NCBI GenBank assembly: GCA_963837465.1
Contig: CAWINB010000004.1
Location: 586,853 to 650,852, forward strand
Source of the DNA: Candidatus Doudnabacteria bacterium
Lineage (GTDB): Bacteria > Patescibacteriota > Doudnabacteria > UBA920
DNA length: 64,000 bases
Direction: 5' to 3'
In this document: positions 1 to 8,457 of the stretch, piece after piece
Layout of the letters: each line of letters starts with the position of its first letter
Numbering within the stretch: the stretch's first letter is position 1
The notes under the pieces: model-generated
The model's database searches: none
The model's input: the letters and a program-made list of their open reading frames with translations, nothing else
Told to the model about the DNA's origin: nothing
Position numbers and translations under genes: made by a program

Positions 1-987
1 CTGGTGGAAAAACCCTTTGGCTTTAATCTGGAATCCGCCAAAACCCTAAACCAACTGTTGCTGAAATATTTTGACGAAGAGCAAATTTACCGCATAGACC
101 ATTACGCCGGCAAAGAAACCGTGCAGAATTTAATGGTGGTGCGTTTTGCCAACAGTTTGTTTGAACCGTTGTGGAATAACCGTTTTATTGACCACATAGA
201 AATCAGCGTGCTGGAACAAGACAAAGTCGGCGGCCGGGTGGGCTACTATGACCAGACAGGCGCCATTAAGGATTTTTTGCAAAACCATATTCTGCAAATG
301 CTGGCTTTAATCTGCATGGATGAACCTTATAATCTAACCGCTGATTTTATCCGCGACGAAAAAATGCAGGTACTAAAAGCCCTGGAAGTTCTTACTCCGG
401 AAAAGCTGCCTCTGAGGCTGGTTAAGGGGCAATATGACGGTTATTCAAAAGAGACCAAAGGCCCCAGTTCAACGGAAACTTATTTTGCCTTAAAGATGTA
501 TGTTAATTTGCCGCGCTGGCAGGGTGTGCCGTTTTACGTGCGTACCGGAAAACGTTTAAGCAAAAAATTGACCCAAATTTCCGTGCATTTTCGCGAACCC
601 ATCCGCTGTTTGTTTATGGGCTGCGCGGCCAACGTGCTGACATTCCAAATTCAGCCGGACGAGAGCGTCCACTTGCTCATCAACAATAAAATTCCCGGGT
701 TTGGCATTAATTTGCACCAGGCTGATTTGGACTTTAATTATAAATCCGCTTTCAAAGGGGAGATTCCCGGAGCTTACGAACGTTTGCTGCTGGATTTTTT
801 GGAAGGCGACCAACGGCTGTATATCCGCAGCGACGAAATTGAGGCGGCCTGGAAATTCGTGGATTCCATTTGTGAAAATCCGGCTTTTAAAACCCTGCCG
901 ATCTGTAATTACAAACCCGGCAGCAATGGCCCCAAAGAAGCCGAGGAGTTTATGAACAAGGATTTAAAGGAGTGGTGGACGAAATAA
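1..987 (+). CDS. zwf: glucose-6-phosphate 1-dehydrogenase, C-terminal portion (5' end lies outside window)
   Basis: ORF open to window edge; RIDHYAGKE matches G6PD active-site signature RIDHYLGKE; conserved downstream G6PD blocks. Confidence 0.9.
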   Translation: MVEKPFGFNLESAKTLNQLLLKYFDEEQIYRIDHYAGKETVQNLMVVRFANSLFEPLWNNRFIDHIEISVLEQDKVGGRVGYYDQTGAIKDFLQNHILQMLALICMDEPYNLTADFIRDEKMQVLKALEVLTPEKLPLRLVKGQYDGYSKETKGPSSTETYFALKMYVNLPRWQGVPFYVRTGKRLSKKLTQISVHFREPIRCLFMGCAANVLTFQIQPDESVHLLINNKIPGFGINLHQADLDFNYKSAFKGEIPGAYERLLLDFLEGDQRLYIRSDEIEAAWKFVDSICENPAFKTLPICNYKPGSNGPKEAEEFMNKDLKEWWTK

Positions 988-1029
988 TCGGGCAAAATTA
1001 AACAAAATTCATCATAATTGACAAAATTT

Positions 1030-1944
1030 ATGAAACAAATTGCTGTTTTCGGCCTGGGTCGAATGGGCGGCCAGATTGCCCGGAGGTTGCAAAAACATAA
1101 TTTTGAAGTTCTTGGCTGGAACAGGTCCGCCGAACATCGCGATGAAGCCGCTAAAAGCGGAATAAAGACTTTTGCGGACATTAGCCGGTTGGTTGGCGAA
1201 ATGTCGGAAACTCCCAGGGTTTTTTGGCTGATGCTGCCGCATGAAATTACGCGTGATTTTATTTTTGGCGCCCAGGGACTTAAACTCTATTTAAAACCCG
1301 GCGATATTGTCATAGACGGCGGCAACAGTTTTTACAAAGATTCGCAAAAAAACGCGGCAGCGCTTAAAGCCAACGGTATAATTTTTTACGATTGCGGGGT
1401 CAGCGGCGGTATTTGGGGTTTTGACAACGGTTTTGCCCTAATGGCCGGCGGCCCAAAAGAGCAGTGGCCGCCGGTTGAGCCGGTTTTTAAAGCTTTGTCC
1501 TCCGGTGAAAATTACGGCCTGGTGGGGGAAAATGGCGCCGGACATTTTGTGAAAATGATCCACAACGGCATTGAATACGGCATGATGGAAGCCATTGGCG
1601 AAGGCTACGGTGTACTCAAAGCCAGCGCCTTTAATCTGGATTTAAAGCAAGTTACCAAAATTTACCGGACCGGCACAGTGATTAAATCCTGGCTTATGGA
1701 TTTAACCGGAAATATTTTTGAAAAAGAAAACATCGAGCAAACCAAAGGCGAAATCGCGGCCAGCGGCGAAGGCGAATGGACGGTAAACGCGGCCAAAGAA
1801 CTTGGCATAGATGTTCGGGTAATAGAAGACGCTTTGAAAGTCCGGCAAGAATCGCAGGACCCAAAAAACCAGCAAAAATTTTCCAACAAAATCGTGGCTT
1901 TATTGAGAAAACAGTTTGGGGGACATGATGTCAGTAAAAAATAA
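1030..1944 (+). CDS. gnd: 6-phosphogluconate dehydrogenase (decarboxylating), short ~300-aa form
   Basis: N-terminal Rossmann GLGRMGG motif, 6PGDH C-terminal blocks (HNGIEYGMM); ATG at 1030 preferred over TTG at 1018. Confidence 0.85.
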   Translation: MKQIAVFGLGRMGGQIARRLQKHNFEVLGWNRSAEHRDEAAKSGIKTFADISRLVGEMSETPRVFWLMLPHEITRDFIFGAQGLKLYLKPGDIVIDGGNSFYKDSQKNAAALKANGIIFYDCGVSGGIWGFDNGFALMAGGPKEQWPPVEPVFKALSSGENYGLVGENGAGHFVKMIHNGIEYGMMEAIGEGYGVLKASAFNLDLKQVTKIYRTGTVIKSWLMDLTGNIFEKENIEQTKGEIAASGEGEWTVNAAKELGIDVRVIEDALKVRQESQDPKNQQKFSNKIVALLRKQFGGHDVSKK

Positions 1945-1964
1945 CCCTCTTTAGTGTCTGGGGT

Positions 1965-1991
1965 TAGTGTCAAGGGTCACCCTTGACACTA
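1965..1991. repeat. 27-bp palindromic repeat element copy A (TAGTGTCAAGGGTCACCCTTGACACTA), preceded by partial TTAGTGTC duplication
   Basis: perfect 13-1-13 palindrome, 21 bp after gnd stop, between convergent gnd and GT4 genes. Confidence 0.85.
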
Positions 1992-2003
1992 CTGAAAAGT
2001 TTT

Positions 2004-3167
2004 TTAGTGGCGGCTAAAAAACAGGCCGCGGCATCCCCGCATAATTTTTTTGTAGTAGTTAAGGTAGTGGTTTACTATTACGCCGCCGGAAAAACCCGAG
2101 GCGGCCCGCAGGGCCGCCGCTTGGCCGAGTTGTTTTATCTGTTCCGGGTTTCCCGACAATTCAATAAGTTTTTTGGCAAACCCGCTTATATCGCCTACTT
2201 TGAACAAAAATCCGGTTTTGCCGTTTTGAGTAAATTCGGGGATGCCGCCAACATTGGTGGCCAGCACCGGCTTGCCGTAACTCATAGTCTCCAAAACTCC
2301 CATGCCGAAACTTTCTTCCTCCGAAGTGTAAACGCCAAGATCCGCCGCCGAAATATAATTTTCAATATCCAGGACGTTCTGTTTGACCACAACTTTATTT
2401 TCAATGCCAAGCCGGGCAATTAATTTTTGGTAAGGCGAAAAATCACCGCCCGCCAAAATCAGCAGTTTAATTTTAGGATGGTTTTTGGTTTTGGCTATTA
2501 TTTTCAGCAAATCGGAAATTCTTTTTACAGGACGCAAGTTGGAAAGATGGATGGCCAGGAAGTCAGTATCCTTAATCCTTAACCCTTTACGGACCACGGA
2601 AGCCGAACGTGAGGGCTTTTTGGGGTTATAGAAATTGTGGATGACTTCAATGGGTGTTTTGATATTAAGCACGGACAGGGTTTCTTTTTTCAGGCTGCGG
2701 GAAACCGCTGTCACCCCGCAGGAAAATTCTATGGAATATTTTATGACCGGCATCAGATTTTTGTCCCGTCCGAGCAAAGTAATATCGGTGCCGTGGAGGG
2801 TGGTAATTAAATGGGGGAAGCGGATTTTTTCCTTGTTGGCAATGTCCTTGGCCAAAAGTCCGGCCGTGGCGTGCGGCACGGCGTAATGCGCGTGCATAAT
2901 GTCCAGGCTGTATTTTTGCCCGACTTCCACCATTTTTACGGATAGCGGCAAAGTGTAGTCGGGGTACTTAAACAGGGAGTATTCGTTGAGCGAAACTTTA
3001 TGGAAAAAAATGTTTTTCCTTTTTAAGTCCAGACGGAACGGGGGTTCGTAGCTGATAAAATGCACCTGATGCCCCAAAGACGCCAGCTCATTGCCCAGCT
3101 GGCTGGCCACAATTCCGCTGCCGCCCACGCTGGGATAGCAGACAATTCCGATTTTTAGGTTTTTCAT
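2004..3167 (-). CDS. GT4-family glycosyltransferase (BshA/MshA-like)
   Basis: N-terminal VGGSG sugar-donor fold motif, C-terminal EEESFGMGVLE GT4 signature; ATG at 3167 (MKNLKIGIV) rather than upstream ORF start. Confidence 0.75.
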   Translation of the reverse strand: MKNLKIGIVCYPSVGGSGIVASQLGNELASLGHQVHFISYEPPFRLDLKRKNIFFHKVSLNEYSLFKYPDYTLPLSVKMVEVGQKYSLDIMHAHYAVPHATAGLLAKDIANKEKIRFPHLITTLHGTDITLLGRDKNLMPVIKYSIEFSCGVTAVSRSLKKETLSVLNIKTPIEVIHNFYNPKKPSRSASVVRKGLRIKDTDFLAIHLSNLRPVKRISDLLKIIAKTKNHPKIKLLILAGGDFSPYQKLIARLGIENKVVVKQNVLDIENYISAADLGVYTSEEESFGMGVLETMSYGKPVLATNVGGIPEFTQNGKTGFLFKVGDISGFAKKLIELSGNPEQIKQLGQAAALRAASGFSGGVIVNHYLNYYKKIMRGCRGLFFSRH

Positions 3168-3262
3168 AGTATTATTGATTGGTGGCAATCCCGCTGCGTC
3201 ATTCCGAGGGCAAGCGCGTCCGCGGCCCGGGGAATGCCTTAAAGCCGGAACGAGACTTTGTT

Positions 3263-4030
3263 TTATCCCAACCACGCGTATTCCGCCCGGTCAATTTTTT
3301 CCCGGTCAACAAATTTTACATCCGGAAAATCTCCGGGTTTTAAATATCCTTTTTCGCCTTCGCCGTAAATGTAATGGGTGGCGTGAATCACGGACTGCAT
3401 CCAGACAAACCTTTGGTCGCGCGCGGGGTTCTTCCGCCATTTTTCCACGGCTTGTTCCGGAAGGGTGATATACTTGCCGCCGCCTTCGTGCAGCTTGAGC
3501 TTGTTTTCCAGTAACCGCGCCCTGACAAGCTCGTTTTGATATTCTACATCGGCAAAGTAGTCTTTATCAAGGTCTGCGGCCTGCTCCCTGAAACTTTTGT
3601 CGCCGGAACGCGCGATTTCAACGCCATCGAGCAATCCCATCTTTTGGCACATTTCCAGGCAAAAATCCGCCACGGTTTTGGCATTGACCGACATAAACAA
3701 ATCAATCGCATCTTGGCCGGTAAACCGCGGCAGCTGTTTTTTGATTTCTTCCTTCCAGCCGCCCGGAATTTTTTTGGCGTAAAGCGGCGAGAATTTTTTT
3801 TGCAGTTTATTTTCCTGGATAAAATTCAAGCGGACTTCCGCGCCGGTCCGCCTGTCCGTCATAACGGTAATGGTCTCGCGGTAATCGGCATCGCTGTCAT
3901 GGTAAAAAAAGATGATTTTTCCGCCAATCTCATCGCGCAATTTTTTTGCAGTATTAATCTTGGCGACCAAAAATCGCTTGGGAAAAAACCCGCACGGCTG
4001 CTGGCCGAAACAAATAACAGGGCTGTTCAT
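3263..4030 (-). CDS. hypothetical protein (255 aa), adjacent to GT4 gene
   Basis: long ORF with coding-like composition; no recognisable motif. Confidence 0.5.
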   Translation of the reverse strand: MNSPVICFGQQPCGFFPKRFLVAKINTAKKLRDEIGGKIIFFYHDSDADYRETITVMTDRRTGAEVRLNFIQENKLQKKFSPLYAKKIPGGWKEEIKKQLPRFTGQDAIDLFMSVNAKTVADFCLEMCQKMGLLDGVEIARSGDKSFREQAADLDKDYFADVEYQNELVRARLLENKLKLHEGGGKYITLPEQAVEKWRKNPARDQRFVWMQSVIHATHYIYGEGEKGYLKPGDFPDVKFVDREKIDRAEYAWLG

Positions 4031-4181
4031 ATAAGCATTTTAGCATTTAAACATCCCAATATCAAAATATGCTATAATCTGGATATGGCATTAAGTTTTA
4101 GAAATAAAAGCATAAACCCCGTAAAAGTTACTTTTTAAAACAGGTTTTGGTAATTTTCCGGGGTAAAAGGAAAAATAAATT

Positions 4182-4613
4182 ATGGAAATTTTCAACGGGG
4201 TAAAAAAGTTTCTTTTCGCGGTCAGTTTGGGCGCGGGACTTTTGTTCGGGGCTTCGGCTTTGGCAGCGGCGCTGGCCCCCGGCTCTGTGTCAGGCGGACC
4301 AGTTATGCCCGGTTCCTGGCCCGCTGGCACAAGTATGCCGGCACAACAGGCCCAGGCTGGCGGCAGCGCTAAAATGGTTACGCCTTGCGTGATGACGCGC
4401 GCCGGCCAGGGCTCCGGAGTCTACAACACTGCAATGCCGTGCGGCAATAATGTAATCTACAGGTCGCTTGTGTCGCCCGGCTACGGTGTGGGCAGACCAA
4501 TGGTCACCTGGTTTGCTTTATTGTTTGTTATAACCCTAATAATGGTTTGGGTCATCTTACTTTTGCTTATAGGGATTTTGTGGCACATGCTCAAAAAGCA
4601 CCGCCGATCATAA
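4182..4613 (+). CDS. hypothetical secreted protein with C-terminal membrane anchor
   Basis: N-terminal signal-like hydrophobic segment, Gly/Pro/Ala-rich middle, C-terminal TM helix plus KKHRRS. Confidence 0.5.
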   Translation: MEIFNGVKKFLFAVSLGAGLLFGASALAAALAPGSVSGGPVMPGSWPAGTSMPAQQAQAGGSAKMVTPCVMTRAGQGSGVYNTAMPCGNNVIYRSLVSPGYGVGRPMVTWFALLFVITLIMVWVILLLLIGILWHMLKKHRRS

Positions 4614-4824
4614 AACTTCCGCCTTTTATTGGCTGTAAATATTAAAATCAAGGCTTAAAACCCACAGGCTTGGCCGATTACGTCGTTATTTTTTTGCGCC
4701 GTTTGCCATCGCCGGTAAAACAAGCCTGCCGAACATCCTCAAAAAATTCCCGTACCCGGCCAAGCGCCGAACTCCCGTCATTGTTAAACCCGCCGCTTGC
4801 TTACGCGGAGGGTTTTTAAATTGA

Positions 4825-4833
4825 TGATATAAT
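4825..4833 (+). promoter_or_regulatory. extended -10 promoter element TGaTATAAT upstream of YgjP-like gene
   Basis: sequence tgatataat 7-15 bp upstream of the ATG at 4840. Confidence 0.35.
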
Positions 4834-4839
4834 AAATCC

Positions 4840-5400
4840 ATGGAGCAAAAATTAAATTACAACGTCCGCCAAAGTTCCCGCGCCAGAAGGATGAGGATTT
4901 CCGTGGGACATGATATGAAAGTTACCGTAATTTTGCCGTTGGGGTTTTCTGCCGATGCCGCGGGGCGATTTGTTGACCGCAAAGCCAGGTGGATTAAAAA
5001 GAGTCTGGATTATTTTTCCTCCCCGGGACGGAAGCGCTTTCAAGGCCGACCGGTTTTAAAATCGCCGCGGCGCGAATATCTCAACAATAAAGAGGCGGCT
5101 TTAAAGTTGGCGAAGGCCAAGGTTTTAACCTGGAATGAGCTTTATAATTTTTCCCACAGCCGCGTCGCTATAAGGAACCAAAAAACCCGCTGGGGCAGTT
5201 GCAGTAAAAAAGGTAATTTGAATTTTAACTATAAAATTATCCGCCTGCCGGAAAATTTACTGGATTATTTGGTTGTCCACGAACTTTGTCATTTAAAAGA
5301 ACTGAATCATTCCAAAAATTTTTGGTCTTTGGTCGCGATAGCTGTTCCCGATTATAAATCCCGCCGTTCACAGCTGCGGCAGTTTAGTCCGGTATCTTAA
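4840..5400 (+). CDS. YgjP-like metal-dependent hydrolase (DUF45/M48-related)
   Basis: HELCHLKELNHSKNFW zinc-binding motif typical of the YgjP family. Confidence 0.8.
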   Translation: MEQKLNYNVRQSSRARRMRISVGHDMKVTVILPLGFSADAAGRFVDRKARWIKKSLDYFSSPGRKRFQGRPVLKSPRREYLNNKEAALKLAKAKVLTWNELYNFSHSRVAIRNQKTRWGSCSKKGNLNFNYKIIRLPENLLDYLVVHELCHLKELNHSKNFWSLVAIAVPDYKSRRSQLRQFSPVS

Positions 5401-5401
5401 T

Positions 5402-5709
5402 ATGGAGACTTTAAGGGAAAAAGCAATTGAATTTATAAAAAAAGTGCCGCGGGGCAAAGTTGTCAGCTACAGCCAGGTAGCCGCGGCCTGCGGCAGCCCG
5501 CGCGCTCCCAGGCAAGTGGGGGGATTTTGCGCGGGCTTGGCGCTTTGGACGGCCAGATCCCGTGGTGGCGCGTGGTCAATAACAGCGGTATAATCAGCAT
5601 AAAGGGCAACTGGACGGCTACAAAGGAACTACAAAAACAGTTGCTGGTTAAAGATGGGGTGGAAGTCGGTGACGACTTTACAATTAATATGGAAAAATAC
5701 AGATATTAA
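5402..5709 (+). pseudogene. alkyltransferase-like protein (ATL; Ogt-fold DNA-binding protein lacking the active Cys), disrupted by a 1-nt frameshift in a G6 run
   Basis: two overlapping ORFs (5402-5593, 5527-5709) together reproduce E. coli Atl/YbaZ order: VPRGKVVSYSQVAAACGSPRAPRQVGG / ILRGLGALDGQIPWWRVVN (PWWRVV vs PWHRVV); frame break at GGGGGG 5518-5523. Confidence 0.7.
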
Positions 5710-5710
5710 C

Positions 5711-5780
5711 TGAAATAATGAAATAAACAGAAATAAGGAAATATTTCCTTTATTTCAATCTATTTCTTGCGAAAGAATAT
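5711..5780. repeat. AT-rich imperfect palindrome (core 16-bp perfect palindrome AAGGAAATATTTCCTT flanked by GAAATAA/TTATTTC repeats)
   Basis: read directly; lies between ATL stop and msrA start. Confidence 0.6.
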
Positions 5781-5783
5781 TTT

Positions 5784-6308
5784 ATGGAAATTGAAACAGC
5801 GGTATTTGGTGGAGGATGCTTTTGGTGCACCGAAGCCGTCTTTCAAAATTTAAAAGGTGTATCGTCCGTGCTTCCGGGGTACGCCGGCGGCAGCGCTCCC
5901 GACCCGACTTACGAGCAGATTTGCGGCGGCGATACCGGACACGCGGAAGTCAGCAAAATAGAATTTAATCCGCGAATAATTAAGTTTACGGATTTATTAA
6001 ACGTTTTTTTCGCCACGCACGATCCCACAACTTTAAACCGGCAGGGGAATGACGTGGGCGACCAGTACCGCAGCGTGATTTTTTACACATCGCCGGAGCA
6101 GAAATTACAGGCCGCACAATTTATAAGCGAGGCCCAAAAAGAATTTGACTCGCCCATAGTCACCCAAGTCCAGCCCCTGGATAAATTTTATGTTGCCGAA
6201 AATTACCACCAAAATTATTTTAAAAACAACCCCGGCAACCCCTATTGCCAAATGGTCATAGGCCCCAAACTCCAAAAATTCCGCGAAAAGTTCGCGGACT
6301 TGATTTAG
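5784..6308 (+). CDS. msrA: peptide methionine (S)-sulfoxide reductase
   Basis: GGGCFWC active-site signature near N-terminus. Confidence 0.9.
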   Translation: MEIETAVFGGGCFWCTEAVFQNLKGVSSVLPGYAGGSAPDPTYEQICGGDTGHAEVSKIEFNPRIIKFTDLLNVFFATHDPTTLNRQGNDVGDQYRSVIFYTSPEQKLQAAQFISEAQKEFDSPIVTQVQPLDKFYVAENYHQNYFKNNPGNPYCQMVIGPKLQKFREKFADLI

Positions 6309-6434
6309 AACCTGTTTGAAAAATAAATCGCGGCCCGGAGTATTTTTAAAATAGGTTTTAAGTAACCCTGTCAAAATCAGCTAAACCGGGCGCCCGCTTC
6401 TTGAGGAGCCGATTTTTTGCTATAGTAGCCCTAT

Positions 6435-6836
6435 ATGAATTATTTTAACAGCCATAAAGTCAGGGTTTTTTTGCAATGGCTGGTTTTGGCTTTGCTGGTA
6501 GCGGTCGTGGCCATAACTTTGTACCAGACAGTAAATAATTTTGAAACTCTGCGTTTGAGGGGCAATATCCAGCCGCGCCGCCGCCATAACCAGGCACGGT
6601 TGGCAGCCAATCCGGACCAGATCCAGGGCTGGATGACTTTTCGCTACATAAATCTGGTTTTCCGCCTGCCGCCGGATTATTTAAAAACCCAGCTAATCAT
6701 CAGCGACACCCGTTATCCTAATTTATTGCTTGGCAGCGCGGCCAAAGAGCAAAAGATTAGCTCGGCCCAAATAATCGCCAAAACTATCGCCGCGGTAAAA
6801 AATTACCTTAGCGCCCCGCCAAAACCTCCCGCGTAA
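6435..6836 (+). CDS. hypothetical membrane-anchored protein
   Basis: single N-terminal TM helix; no motif. Confidence 0.45.
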   Translation: MNYFNSHKVRVFLQWLVLALLVAVVAITLYQTVNNFETLRLRGNIQPRRRHNQARLAANPDQIQGWMTFRYINLVFRLPPDYLKTQLIISDTRYPNLLLGSAAKEQKISSAQIIAKTIAAVKNYLSAPPKPPA

Positions 6837-6854
6837 TCTAAGAGTCTGTTTAGC

Positions 6855-7448
6855 ATGAACCACATCCTTCAAACATTGCTGGCGTATGTTTTGCTTTACA
6901 AATACCCCAGCATTTTTATTATCACTTTTTTGGGCGCTTTCGCCCTGCCGCTTCCTTCCGGCAGCGTGCTTATGGCCGCCGCGGCGTTTTCACTGCAGGG
7001 GTATATGAATTTTTACCTGGTGCTGTTTACCGGAATTTTGGGCAATATGGCCGGCGACAGCAGCGGTTACTGGCTGGTGCGGCTTTATGGCATCAGGATT
7101 ATGGACAAGCTCGGCCTGGGAAAATTTTTTAAACAAGAAAGGCTGGATGCCGCGCGTGAGCAAATAGACAAACACCCCATTCCGGCTATTTATTTGAGCC
7201 GGTTTATGACAGCTATAGCGCCGGCCGTCAACGTTATTTCCGGCCTGACAAAATTGCCCTATAAAAGATTTTTGCTGTTCGAAGGTTTGGGCGAAGTCAC
7301 CGAATGTTCCGTCTTTTGCGGCATTGGCTGGATTTTTGGCGCCAACTGGCAGTATGTGGATCAGTTTTCCGGCCGCCTGTGGATTTTGGCCGTGGCAGGG
7401 GCGCTGGTATCCATTTTGTTTTGGAGGTTGATATTAAAGGGGAAATAA
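6855..7448 (+). CDS. DedA/VTT-family membrane protein
   Basis: conserved DedA core (GxxxGNMAGDSSGYWLVRLYG, YLSRFMTAIAPAVNV) and 4-5 TM helices. Confidence 0.75.
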   Translation: MNHILQTLLAYVLLYKYPSIFIITFLGAFALPLPSGSVLMAAAAFSLQGYMNFYLVLFTGILGNMAGDSSGYWLVRLYGIRIMDKLGLGKFFKQERLDAAREQIDKHPIPAIYLSRFMTAIAPAVNVISGLTKLPYKRFLLFEGLGEVTECSVFCGIGWIFGANWQYVDQFSGRLWILAVAGALVSILFWRLILKGK

Positions 7449-7466
7449 TTCATAGCGGTCCCATTT

Positions 7467-8072
7467 ATGACTCAATTCCAACCCGGAATCCATTTATCCG
7501 AAGCCGATCCCGTTCTGGCTAAAATTATTTCTCAAATTGAACTGGCGCCTCGAAAACCCCACAAGCGTTATTTTGAAGCGCTCACCGTGGCGATTATCAA
7601 CCAGCAGCTTTCCACCAAAGCCGCGGCCGCCATAGTAAAAAAATTCGTCGCGATTTTTTCCGGAGTCAAATTTCCCACTCCCGATCAAGTCCTAAAAAAG
7701 CGTGACGCTTCCTTGCGCAAAGCCGGGCTGTCGTTCCAAAAAATCGGCTACATAAAAAGTCTGGCCAAATTAATTCGGGAGAGGAAAATAGACTTTAAAA
7801 AATTTGGAAAAATGGATGATGAACAAATCGTCCAGACCTTAATTTTAGTCAAAGGCATAGGCCGCTGGACAGCCGAAATGTTTTTAATGTCCGCTTTGGG
7901 CAGACCCGATGTCTTTAGCCACGGCGATTTGGGCCTGAAAAACGCCATTAAAAAATGGTACAAACTGGACATGAAACTCCATCCCAAAAAATATCACCGC
8001 CTGGTGGAAAGCTGGAGCCCGCACCGCACCTTAGCGGCAAGATACCTGTGGGCGAGCCTTAAAATCAAGTAG
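7467..8072 (+). CDS. HhH-GPD DNA glycosylase (AlkA-like 3-methyladenine DNA glycosylase II)
   Basis: helix-hairpin-helix LVKGIGRWTAEMF followed by catalytic D in GDLGLKNAI; stop codon TAG lies inside the palindromic repeat. Confidence 0.75.
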   Translation: MTQFQPGIHLSEADPVLAKIISQIELAPRKPHKRYFEALTVAIINQQLSTKAAAAIVKKFVAIFSGVKFPTPDQVLKKRDASLRKAGLSFQKIGYIKSLAKLIRERKIDFKKFGKMDDEQIVQTLILVKGIGRWTAEMFLMSALGRPDVFSHGDLGLKNAIKKWYKLDMKLHPKKYHRLVESWSPHRTLAARYLWASLKIK

Positions 8073-8095
8073 TGTCAAGGGTGACCCTTGACACT
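8070..8095. repeat. palindromic repeat element copy B (TAGTGTCAAGGGTGACCCTTGACACT)
   Basis: same element as copy A with centre C/G swapped; first 3 nt are the alkA-like stop codon. Confidence 0.85.
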
Positions 8096-8392
8096 CGGCC
8101 TCACCACTTAAGAGTAAGAACAAAATTTAAAACAAACTGATTTTACGCACAAGAAAAAAAGTTTAATAGGTCTGCTGGGGTGGTACGGGGTCGCGGCTAC
8201 CGTAGGCGCTTATATTTTTGTCAGCTTTTCGCTGATTTCCTCCACAAGCTGGCTGTATCAAATTTTAAATTTTACTGGCGCTTTGGGCATTACTGTAGAA
8301 ACCTATTACAAAAAAGATTACCAGCCGTTTTGGCTGAACTTAATTTGGATGATAATTGCTTTTGTGGCAATTTTGAGCATAATCTTTCGCTA

Positions 8393-8433
8393 AAAAATCC
8401 CCCTGAAGGCAGCCTTCAAGGGGATTTTATTTT
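8393..8433. terminator. bidirectional rho-independent terminator (serves msrB on minus strand)
   Basis: hairpin ATCCCCCTGAAGG-cagc-CTTCAAGGGGAT flanked by A6 upstream and TTTTATTTT downstream. Confidence 0.65.
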
Positions 8434-8457
8434 GATGCTGTAATAGCGTAAGGAATC

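Noticed and set aside
556-813. Numerous 60-130-aa ORFs on the strand opposite to long, well-supported genes (e.g. 556-813, 1662-1973, 1983-2423, 11107-11496, 12976-13266, 19070-19369, 24357-25172, 33510-34105, 53003-53539)
   Set aside because: - They lie fully inside or antisense to genes with strong homology signatures.
- They have biased, low-complexity translations and no motifs.
- They are treated as frame-shadow artefacts.
3263-4030. BshB/BshC (bacillithiol pathway) assignment for the protein next to the BshA-like GT4
   Set aside because: - No PIG-L (AHPDDE) motif.
- Length incompatible with BshC.
- Adjacency alone insufficient.
8083-8093. TTGACA hexamers inside the palindromic elements acting as promoters
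   Set aside because: - No convincing -10 hexamer at 16-18 bp spacing downstream of any copy.
- One copy lies inside a CDS.
- More likely part of the repeat consensus than functional promoters.
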